NCBI GenBank assembly: GCA_964517685.1
Contig: CAZFCF010000001.1
Location: 153,458 to 217,457, forward strand
Source of the DNA: an uncultured Gammaproteobacteria bacterium
Lineage (GTDB): Bacteria > Cyanobacteriota > Vampirovibrionia > LMEP-6097
Direction: 5' to 3'
DNA: 64,000 nt
The notes beneath the pieces are model-generated. The model saw nothing but the letters and a program-made list of their open reading frames with translations, was not told where the DNA came from and ran no database searches. A program made the position numbers and the translations under genes. Positions 47,025 through 55,178 of the stretch are shown here, in pieces (position 1 is the first letter of the stretch; each line of letters begins with the position of its first letter).

Positions 47025-47489
47025 ATGAATTCAAATTTTATAAACATAGTTCTCTACCAACCCGAGATCCCGCAGAACAGTGGCAACATCGCCAGAATGT
47101 GCGTGGCAAATGATCTTAAGCTGCATTGGATTAAACCAATGGGTTTTGAAATCAGCGATAAATATCTTAAACGCTCGGCTTTAGATTATTGGGAATTTCT
47201 TGATTATCAAGTCTATGAAAGTTGGCAGGAATTTATCCAAGGAAAGGATCTCAGTAAAGTTTGGTTCTTAACAACTAAATCTACTAAAACTTTTTGGGAT
47301 GTGAAATTTTCCCAAGGTGACTATTTGGTTTTTGGTCCAGAGACTAAAGGCTTACCGATGGAACTGATGCAAACTAATTGGGATAATGCAATTACTGTAC
47401 CCATGAGTTCTGAAAATTCGCGTAGCTTGAATTTAGCTAGTACGGTACAAACCGTTTACTATGAGGCTTTTAGGCAGTTAAAAGATTAG
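47025..47489 (+). CDS. trmL: tRNA (cytidine/uridine-34 2'-O)-methyltransferase, SPOUT
   Basis: 154 aa, IVLYQPEIPQNSGNIARMC N-terminus typical of TrmL/YibK. Confidence 0.75.
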   Translation: MNSNFINIVLYQPEIPQNSGNIARMCVANDLKLHWIKPMGFEISDKYLKRSALDYWEFLDYQVYESWQEFIQGKDLSKVWFLTTKSTKTFWDVKFSQGDYLVFGPETKGLPMELMQTNWDNAITVPMSSENSRSLNLASTVQTVYYEAFRQLKD

Positions 47490-50400
47490 CCATGTGCTCC
47501 AGCATAAGCTCTAGATTTAAGATTTAAGAATCCACTTCTTTTATCAATAACATTTGCTTTTAAATCCCACTCTTCTTTAAGTGATAAGATTTTTTTATCA
47601 GACTCTGTTCTTTCTTCTTCTGTTTTACTTGCCACATCAAAAAGTCTTTGAATCGTGCCCCCTAGGAGAGCTTGCATTGTATTGTAAAAATTTGGATTGT
47701 TATGACCACCATAATTATGAGCAACTTCATGAGCTTGTACTTCTAATATTGCAGCCAATGGTCCATCAAATAAAGATTTATGTAAACCAATTCCTTTACC
47801 TTGGAAATTAACTCCTTTAGCACCATTACCTGTAAAAATAAATACCGGTGTATCTATTTTTACATCAGTAGCTTCATGAAGAAAGTTTTTTAGAATTTCC
47901 AATTGTACTAGGTGCCTATGTTCTGGATTATCAACGATTTTAAAATTTTTGATTTGGTGTTCTTTGCCACTTTGTGCTGCTTCGATTTTTTGTTTTAATT
48001 TTGCTAAAGCTTTATCTTTCTCTGATACTTGGACTGTGTCAGTTTCAATTCCATGTGAATTAAATTTCTCAACAAAAGTTGCTATATCATCGCCTTTAGT
48101 ATATTCAGCATCTTTCGGAGCATCACCATAAGTCTTTACTTGAGACCATCTCGTGAATTCATCCTGATCAGAGGTATCTTTTCTCTCAGTAGGTAAGTTT
48201 TCTGTAAAGCCTGCAATTTCTTTTTCTAATTTGCTAGTATCAATTCTTTTTAATCTTTTTGCTAAATCATATGCAAGTTCTATAGTGGTATTTTTAAGTT
48301 TTTCTGTTTCATTGACAAGTTTAGTTCCTTTCTTTAATAGTGACTGACCAACTTCTATAACTTCATCTTGTAATTTATGTTCAGCTTCGCTTAAAGTTTT
48401 ATTTCCAGTTGTTATTAATTTTGCAATTCCTTTTGCGCCTTCAGTAACAATGTTAGCTATTAAAATTTGGGGATGAGGTAATGATGACGTAGTTGTTTTG
48501 TCTTTAATTTTAGTACTGTTGCTGACAGCAATTTCAGGATCTATCTTTGCTTTTATAACAGGCTTGCTAGCCACATTACTAGTAAGCAAATTATCCATAA
48601 AGCTAAACCATAGTACAGCAGTAGTTGCTGCTGTTAAGCCTATAAGACTTGTAGTTACTAGTGCTAGTTTGCTTTTCTTTGCAGGGATGGGCTTTACTAC
48701 TATTGTGGAATTTACCTTAAAATCCTCTTGTTTATTAAGTTCTGGTGTTGGATCGTTTGATACTGAAATATTCTTAGCTGCTTCTGCTGCCATTCTTTCA
48801 GTTAAGGTTACTAAAGCTTCTTGAGCATTGGCAAATGCTACTAGAGGATCCGTGCCTCTTTGAATTTCTGCTAATGCATCTGCTATAGCTAGTTCGGCAC
48901 CGTTCTTTACTGTTTTTTCTTTCACTTCGTTAGTTGGAGGATTATATTCAGGTTTCCAAATATTGTGTTCGTCAAAACTAAAAACTGTTTTGAAAATTTC
49001 CAAATCTTCATCATTGAGTTTAAAAGAGAATCTTTCTTCATTAGCTTTGGTATTTATAAATGGTATTATTCTAGTCATTAGGTTATTTTTTTTAGCTTCA
49101 GAATCATAATTAATATTAAAAGTTGCTAAATGTAGTTGAGCTATTAAGCTAGGATATTGTAATACTTTGTTTTCCAAGCCCCAGAAAATAAGATTTCTAA
49201 TAGTCTGTATCCAAGTTTTTTGATTTAATAATTCATCGCCTATAATCTTACTGAAAAAAGGCTTCATCATTAAATTTGCTGCAATATTTTGATTGAAGAT
49301 AAATTCTAATTCTCCATCTTTGCCTAGTTTTAATTCAACAGCACTGCTTCTAAGTTGATTTTGTAATTCAATAAAGAATCCTCTATGATCATTTGAAGAA
49401 ATATCAAGAATTGTGTAATCAACTTCAATTCCTAGATTTTGCATGACTTCTTTAAAAGCAACATTAGCTGCTTTACTATTAGGTTGTCTATTGTGGACTT
49501 CAGAAATTAAATTAATTGGTTGTGGTTCTTGTACAATTATTGGTCTAGGTTTTTGGTAGAGTGGGACTCCTAATGCAGTAAAAAATTTAGGGCAAATTGT
49601 TTTTCCTTGGCGTTTTAATTCTGCTATTTCTTCATCTGAAATATACTCTGTAACATCGTTGTTTATTGCAATAAAGTCTTTCCCTGGAAAAAGTTCTTTA
49701 AGAGTATTTAAAGTAAATTTATTTGCGAAATCCCATTGTATGTCTTCAACTATTTGCTCCAATAAAATAAAAGCTCCATTTCTATTTCTATTAGAATCTG
49801 TTTCATCTCTATGTTGACTCCATATAGGAAAAGACTTTACTAGTTGTACTTTTCTGTCATTACTATTCATTGTTTTAGTAAGTTTTTCTATACATTTCTT
49901 GAAAGCATATTGGTTTAAGGGATTACGATCGGAATCATGGTGAAATTTTCCGCTAGCACCTAGTTCTAGAGTTACTCCCTCCGCACCTTTAAAAAAGCCT
50001 TCTTCTGGATTTACATTTGATAGATAACTCCAAGGTTGTCCTTGAATAAATAATTCACCTCTTGTTTTGAGGCTATCATGCCATTTAATTCTAAAATTAC
50101 ATGGTCTTTCTTGTGTAACACCATTTTTAGTTTTTTTCTCAATGCCTATATAATGATAGTCAGGGTTTTGTAGAGAAGGATGATCTTTATGAGGAGCCAT
50201 GTCTTTAAGTTTTGCAAAGGTTTTGATAAATTCTTCGTTATCAGTCTCTATTACGTAAGAGCAAGTCCCAGCTTCATACTCATTTGAATTTAACTCTCTT
50301 AATTCTGATAATAAATAAGCTTCAGGAGGCTCAACTCCATGTTGAAGAAGAACTTTCTGAACTTCTTCTATTGGTGGTATACGATATGTGACGGACCAAC

Positions 50401-50890
50401 CTTCACCAATAACAGTTAAATTATCAATGATCTTATGTTCTAATAAATCTCTAGAGCTTTCTTTTAAACCAATTCCTAAGCCACCTGCACTATTATTGTC
50501 ATTTGCTTTACCCGTTGCAATTGCTGTTAGAGCTTGGAAACTAGGAAAAGCCCAATTGCCTTTTATAGTGAGTCTCGTTTTTTTATTTGAAGCCGGAGAT
50601 AGAGTAACATCTACTCCATCAAGATTTTGTCCTTGAGGATTTTCATCTATCCAATTTTGAATTCCAATTTCTCTAACATACCAAGGTATTGGTTTATGTT
50701 TTTCTTCAGTCTCACTTCCTATTCTGCCTTTTTTGAGAGCTGTAACCGCAAATAAAGCTTCTACAGATACACCTGGATGTTTGATTGCATAATAAGTTCT
50801 AAATGCTTCCCCAGCCGAGACCTGTTTTAGCTTTTTACTATTTTGGCCAGATACTTCATTTGTTGGTGATAATAATGGTGGAAATTGCAT
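47486..50890 (-). CDS. very large (1134 aa) hypothetical protein with C-terminal HExxH motif
   Basis: central TM (LALVTTSLIGLTAATTAVLWF), C-terminal AHEVAHNYGGHNNP; overlaps trmL by 4 nt. Confidence 0.5.
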   Translation of the reverse strand: MQFPPLLSPTNEVSGQNSKKLKQVSAGEAFRTYYAIKHPGVSVEALFAVTALKKGRIGSETEEKHKPIPWYVREIGIQNWIDENPQGQNLDGVDVTLSPASNKKTRLTIKGNWAFPSFQALTAIATGKANDNNSAGGLGIGLKESSRDLLEHKIIDNLTVIGEGWSVTYRIPPIEEVQKVLLQHGVEPPEAYLLSELRELNSNEYEAGTCSYVIETDNEEFIKTFAKLKDMAPHKDHPSLQNPDYHYIGIEKKTKNGVTQERPCNFRIKWHDSLKTRGELFIQGQPWSYLSNVNPEEGFFKGAEGVTLELGASGKFHHDSDRNPLNQYAFKKCIEKLTKTMNSNDRKVQLVKSFPIWSQHRDETDSNRNRNGAFILLEQIVEDIQWDFANKFTLNTLKELFPGKDFIAINNDVTEYISDEEIAELKRQGKTICPKFFTALGVPLYQKPRPIIVQEPQPINLISEVHNRQPNSKAANVAFKEVMQNLGIEVDYTILDISSNDHRGFFIELQNQLRSSAVELKLGKDGELEFIFNQNIAANLMMKPFFSKIIGDELLNQKTWIQTIRNLIFWGLENKVLQYPSLIAQLHLATFNINYDSEAKKNNLMTRIIPFINTKANEERFSFKLNDEDLEIFKTVFSFDEHNIWKPEYNPPTNEVKEKTVKNGAELAIADALAEIQRGTDPLVAFANAQEALVTLTERMAAEAAKNISVSNDPTPELNKQEDFKVNSTIVVKPIPAKKSKLALVTTSLIGLTAATTAVLWFSFMDNLLTSNVASKPVIKAKIDPEIAVSNSTKIKDKTTTSSLPHPQILIANIVTEGAKGIAKLITTGNKTLSEAEHKLQDEVIEVGQSLLKKGTKLVNETEKLKNTTIELAYDLAKRLKRIDTSKLEKEIAGFTENLPTERKDTSDQDEFTRWSQVKTYGDAPKDAEYTKGDDIATFVEKFNSHGIETDTVQVSEKDKALAKLKQKIEAAQSGKEHQIKNFKIVDNPEHRHLVQLEILKNFLHEATDVKIDTPVFIFTGNGAKGVNFQGKGIGLHKSLFDGPLAAILEVQAHEVAHNYGGHNNPNFYNTMQALLGGTIQRLFDVASKTEEERTESDKKILSLKEEWDLKANVIDKRSGFLNLKSRAYAGAHG

Positions 50891-50950
50891 TTGTATTAAA
50901 TAGAATTCTTATTTATACAAAGACAAGAGTATTTAGGCTTTTATAGTAAA

Positions 50951-52057
50951 TTACGCCGCTAAAATATCCATAGCTTTCTTCTCAAGTACAGCTCTAGGTG
51001 TTTCTATGCTATTGCCTCTGATGATTTGAACCAAAGCTTCTTTGAATAAGCTATTATTGCCGACTTTACTCATTTGATCTTTAATTGCATGAACATTGAT
51101 TCCAAGTTGTTCAAGTTCAGTAACAATTTTATCGATTGGTATATCTGTAGCTAAATCTTGGAGTACCTGTAACATAGTTGTCGAGCTATCTACAACCTTG
51201 CCGAAACTGCTAGCAATTTTTTGAGCTGGAGTTTCTGAAGATCTTTTTTGAGCTTCAGCTAAAGCTATTTGCCTTCTTTCCGCAGCTTGCTCTTCATAAG
51301 CCTTTTCTTCACTTGCAGCTATTTCATTGCGATGTTTTTCATATTGTTTTTGTTGATAAACTTTCTCTTGATACATTTTTTCTATATAACGTTTTTCCTC
51401 AAGCTTAGCTAGGTAAGCTTCTTTTTTTGCTTTGCAAGAAGATGAACTGCCAAATAAATAGCGATATGTGTTTGAAAAGAAGTTGTAGATTGGCTTGAAA
51501 AAATAATTATTAATACCAGAAATAGTTTCACTAAAATTAGAAAACACTTTAGTCACACTCGGATGAGTTACCAGCTCAGTAAATGCTGTCATCGGACTAA
51601 CTACGGCTTTTGCTCCCCATGCCATGCCTTGAGCAAGCCAGTTTGTTGCAGTCTTAATACCTGCTTCTATATTTGATTTGACGTCATTGCGAGCCATTGA
51701 AGATGGCGTGGCAATCCCTTCCTTAGATTCGGCTTTATCAATTTCAGTTGTCTCTTTGTTTGTGCCTAATAGTGCCGCTGCACCTTTAGCGACATCATCG
51801 ATACTAAAACCTGTTGTTGCTTTAAGTACATCGCTTATAGTGGGAGTTGCTGTTGTGGTTTTTTGTTCACTAACAGTTTCAGTTTTAGTTGAATTAGTAA
51901 AACTATCTTTTGGTTCTTCAACCTTTACTTCTACAGGAGGATCTGTTAATTCTGTAGTTTCAGTTGACTGCGCAGATAAAGCATTGGCCGCCTCAACTAC
52001 CCTAGTAGCGATACTTGGACCTTTAAGAATTATTTGGCTTAATAAATCTAAACTCAT
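50951..52057 (-). CDS. hypothetical protein (T/E-rich N-half, coiled-coil C-half) with repeat insertion
   Basis: 368 aa; IATPSSMARNDVK is encoded by repeat at 51684-51717. Confidence 0.45.
   Translation of the reverse strand: MSLDLLSQIILKGPSIATRVVEAANALSAQSTETTELTDPPVEVKVEEPKDSFTNSTKTETVSEQKTTTATPTISDVLKATTGFSIDDVAKGAAALLGTNKETTEIDKAESKEGIATPSSMARNDVKSNIEAGIKTATNWLAQGMAWGAKAVVSPMTAFTELVTHPSVTKVFSNFSETISGINNYFFKPIYNFFSNTYRYLFGSSSSCKAKKEAYLAKLEEKRYIEKMYQEKVYQQKQYEKHRNEIAASEEKAYEEQAAERRQIALAEAQKRSSETPAQKIASSFGKVVDSSTTMLQVLQDLATDIPIDKIVTELEQLGINVHAIKDQMSKVGNNSLFKEALVQIIRGNSIETPRAVLEKKAMDILAA
51684..51717. repeat. single repeat unit GTCATTGCGAGCCATTGAAGATGGCGTGGCAATCC in CDS
   Basis: near-identical to unit at 20907-20941. 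Confidence 0.85.
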
Positions 52058-52171
52058 AGAAAATTTTCTAAATTCCTATATATAGAAGTGTCTTTTTGAT
52101 AGGAATTTGATAGATTATAGGTGTAACTACTCATTAATCTTAACTATTCTGTGGATTAATTTATTAGAAGA

Positions 52172-52202
52172 CGGGGGATTGCTTCGCTTCGCTCGCAATG
52201 AC
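52172..52202. repeat. repeat half-unit GGGGGATTGCTTCGCTTCGCTCGCAATGAC
   Basis: contains the annotated ATG of the 52198 ORF (caATGACaATGgac). Confidence 0.8.
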
Positions 52203-53178
52203 AATGGACCCCTTAACCGCTAAAACCCATACCGCAATCATTACCTTAGCTCAGGGACAGTTTTCATATTTAAATCGAGCTGCACAAAAATTACTTGGTT
52301 GGGATATTGTTGAACTGAATAAAAATATTTCTGCATTAGCAGGTTTAAGTCCAACATTAATTAACTTTGCAAAATTACTAAAAGAAATTTTTGCTGGCAA
52401 GTTTGACACAGATTTAAAAGATTCTAAATTTAAAAGATTTGAGATTAGTCTTGAAGGTCAGTATTTTAATTTATATCTCTCGAAGCCTAATATTGATGAA
52501 CATTTGCTGGAACTAACTCCTATTGTTTATCAGGACATGAAGCAAACTACTCATGAATTGAAGCGCCCGATTCAAAACATCAAAACACTTACAGAGACCT
52601 TAATTATAGGTGCCAAGAATGATCCAGTTAAGTGTGATGAATATTTAACGAAGCTGAATTTTGAAGCTGACCGTCTCGGTACTTTAGTTAATGACATGCT
52701 CAGTTTAAGTCATATAGTAAATGGTGTAATTGATTTACATAAAGTGAGCTTGCCTCTCAAAGCTAGAGTAGATAAGGTTTTCGAGACATTAGAATCGCGT
52801 GCCAAAGAGAAAAATATTCACCTGGAGAATTTAGTCTCTAATGATTTTCATATAGCTGCTGATCAAAAATTACTAGATCATTTACTTTCTAACCTTGTCG
52901 ATAATGCAATTAAATACAACAAGCCTGATGGCAAGGTTTTAGTCTCAGCTGATTTAAGTCACATTACTATCAGAGACACTGGCTTAGGGATAGCTGAAGA
53001 AGATCAAGCAAAAATCTTTGAGCAGTTCTATAGAATCAAAGACAGAGTTCATATTCAAGGAAATGGATTAGGACTTAACATTGTCAAAGGAATTATAGAC
53101 CTACATGGCTGGCAAATTAATGTGAAATCTACTCTAGGTGAGGGTTCTGCTTTTGAGATTTCCCTATCGTCATCGTGA
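52198..53178 (+). CDS. cytoplasmic sensor histidine kinase
   Basis: H-box HELKRPIQNI, N-box DNAIKYN, G1 RDTGLGI, G2 GNGLGLNI; no TM; stop codon supplied by repeat. Confidence 0.7.
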   Translation: MTMDPLTAKTHTAIITLAQGQFSYLNRAAQKLLGWDIVELNKNISALAGLSPTLINFAKLLKEIFAGKFDTDLKDSKFKRFEISLEGQYFNLYLSKPNIDEHLLELTPIVYQDMKQTTHELKRPIQNIKTLTETLIIGAKNDPVKCDEYLTKLNFEADRLGTLVNDMLSLSHIVNGVIDLHKVSLPLKARVDKVFETLESRAKEKNIHLENLVSNDFHIAADQKLLDHLLSNLVDNAIKYNKPDGKVLVSADLSHITIRDTGLGIAEEDQAKIFEQFYRIKDRVHIQGNGLGLNIVKGIIDLHGWQINVKSTLGEGSAFEISLSSS

Positions 53179-53207
53179 GGAGCCCTGTAAGGGCGACGTG
53201 ACGATCC
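53169..53207. repeat. repeat variant GTCATCGTGAGGAGCCCTGTAAGGGCGACGTGACGATCC
   Basis: same architecture with substituted module sequence. Confidence 0.7.
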
Positions 53208-53238
53208 AGTTAAAAATACTCTGTGATAGCATTTAAGT

Positions 53239-53742
53239 GTGACTACAAACAGATTAACTGAACATTTAAAGCCGCAACAGCATCACTCTGTAAATAGAGT
53301 TTTTGATGTTTTTGATAAGCAATTAACTTGCAAACAAAAAACTGAAGCAAGAAGAATTACAGCAGCAGATCTTTTGCAACCAGTAGCTGAAATGAAATCA
53401 CTAGAAGTTTTACGTTATTTGGAAGATATAGGACTAGCGCAAAAAATTCAAGAAGAGTTTTACTATATTACTGGTAAAAAGATTAAAGTCAATGAATTAT
53501 TACTGTTTGATATGCATCGTATTGATGATAATAAGGACGTAGAATTATTAAAAGAAATCATCTCTAAAAAATTTAGAGATATCTATCAAGAAAGGCTTAC
53601 CAATGGACCAATCTTAGATATAGAAACAATTAAGGCTATTGTTCAGTATTTAAAAATTGATGACTTTCAGTTTGATGATGAGGTTCATTTTGCAAACTTA
53701 AAATTTACTAGAAGGCGCTTAGCTAAATATCTTTCAAACTAA
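53239..53742 (+). CDS. hypothetical protein
   Basis: 167-aa ORF. Confidence 0.4.
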   Translation: MTTNRLTEHLKPQQHHSVNRVFDVFDKQLTCKQKTEARRITAADLLQPVAEMKSLEVLRYLEDIGLAQKIQEEFYYITGKKIKVNELLLFDMHRIDDNKDVELLKEIISKKFRDIYQERLTNGPILDIETIKAIVQYLKIDDFQFDDEVHFANLKFTRRRLAKYLSN

Positions 53743-53761
53743 ACAAGCTACAATAATCTCT

Positions 53762-54122
53762 GCAAGTAGTTCAGGCAATCGCTTTTCCGTAAGGAGGAGA
53801 GGAAAGTCCGGGCACCGCTAGAGCTTAGGTTGCTGGTTAATTGCCAGTGCGCGTGAGCGTGAGGACAGTGCCACAGAAAGATACCGCCAAGAAATTGGTA
53901 AGGGTGCAAAGGTGAGGTAAGAGCTCACCAGCAAGATCGAGAGGTCTTGGCTCGGTAAACCCCACTGAAGGTGCAAGGTAAAGGTATTTAAGTTTAGGAT
54001 TAAAGCTGCTCGCTTCCCTAGATTTACCTGAATTCCGCTAGAGGCTAAGAGTAATCTTGGTCCCAGATAGATGATTGTTCATGATGCAAATCATTACAGA
54101 ACCCGGCTTATAGGCTACTTGC
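53762..54122 (+). ncRNA. rnpB: RNase P RNA, bacterial type A
   Basis: GAGGAAAGTCCGGGC (P4 5'), GGTAAGGGTGCAAAGGTGAGGTAAGAGCTCACC (P10/11/12), ACAGAACCCGGCTTA (P4 3'); P1 gcaagtag/ctacttgc. Confidence 0.9.
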
Positions 54123-54173
54123 AATTTTTATCAAAATACTATTTGAGCAAGCTTTGTAAGCAATGAGGTTTAT

Positions 54174-54869
54174 ATGGTAAACACTTGCTCAGTAACTGGA
54201 ACTCTTAGAATAGGGAACGTCATCGATCCTAAGGAAAAATTTCAAAGAGATTTTAAATTATCTATTTCGCAAGCTTGGAAGGCTGGTGTTACAGCAGACG
54301 TCAAGCCTTTAATGGAACTTCTCTCTAATAATTCTAATCATGTAACAGATGCAAATCTAGATACTTTAGCAAATCTTTTTAAAAGACTTACACCAGAGCA
54401 AGGAATTGAAATTGCTACTTCTAAATATATACAAGACGCACTAGCTAGCTTTGATAGTGGTGATCAAGGAATTACATCACTTTCTATGGCTCTTGAATCT
54501 ATGAAGTCACATACATTAGGTGATGAAAAGGCTTTTGATGGGATAACTAAAGTGATTCATGATATAGATGTACAAAAATTACAAAGTGAGATATCAGCAG
54601 CTCCTAATACTAAGTCAGAAATTAATAAAAAAAGAGATTCTATTGCATATATCATTAATGTTGCTTTGCAAAAAATACCTGAATTTGACGATAAACTTAA
54701 TGAACTTATATCTACGGAGATCGTAGCTACGGAATTACCAAAGCAGGGAATGCATCCAAGTATGGCTGTATTTTACGCTATGAGAGAATTAGCTGATGTT
54801 AGATTTAATACTGATAAATTAAAATGGCATCTTTTTTTATTTGCTAATAGAAATTCAATAGCTGCTTAA
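54174..54869 (+). CDS. hypothetical protein
   Basis: 231-aa ORF between rnpB and the first rnpB-3' direct repeat. Confidence 0.4.
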   Translation: MVNTCSVTGTLRIGNVIDPKEKFQRDFKLSISQAWKAGVTADVKPLMELLSNNSNHVTDANLDTLANLFKRLTPEQGIEIATSKYIQDALASFDSGDQGITSLSMALESMKSHTLGDEKAFDGITKVIHDIDVQKLQSEISAAPNTKSEINKKRDSIAYIINVALQKIPEFDDKLNELISTEIVATELPKQGMHPSMAVFYAMRELADVRFNTDKLKWHLFLFANRNSIAA

Positions 54870-54874
54870 AATCG

Positions 54875-54938
54875 TCATCCTGAGGGTAAAGAAAGCAAGT
54901 GCCGTCATTGCGAGCCCTCGAAGAGGGCGTGGCAATCC
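54875..54938. repeat. palindromic repeat (GTCATCCTGAGG..GTCATTGCGAGCCCTCGAAGAGGGCGTGGCAATCC)
   Basis: module composition as above. Confidence 0.85.
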
Positions 54939-55051
54939 ATCTTAGGGAAGTTTTGATAAAGCTGCTTTATCTTTAAAACCAATAGCTAATTTTGACTCTC
55001 ATACAGTACTTTTATATTTAGATGATTTGGGAATAAAAAAATAGTATTCAA

Positions 55052-55073
55052 ATAGGCTACTTGCGATTTTTGT
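55052..55073 (+). repeat. direct repeat of rnpB 3' end (ATAGGCTACTTGCGATTTTTGT)
   Basis: matches 54110-54131 ataggctacttgcaatttttat (20/22). Confidence 0.8.
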
Positions 55074-55142
55074 TATGTCAAAGAAATTTTACCGTTTTGG
55101 AATTGCGATTAGGATTTGGAGATCCAGTATGTTGATTAAGTC

Positions 55143-55175
55143 TTGACGAATATCAACGCTTTAAGTTAAGATAAT
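55143..55175 (+). promoter_or_regulatory. sigma70-like promoter, -10 ends 6 nt before GTG start (leaderless)
   Basis: TTGACG-18 nt-TAAGATAAT. Confidence 0.5.
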
Positions 55176-55178
55176 CTA

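Noticed and set aside
51678-52085. ORF 51678..52085 (+) beginning MTSLRAIEDGVAI and ORF 20838..21098 (-) containing IATPSSMARND
   Set aside because: Both are reading frames opened by the ATG inside the repeat module GCAATGAC; they are antisense to or upstream of real genes, so they are artefacts of the repeat.
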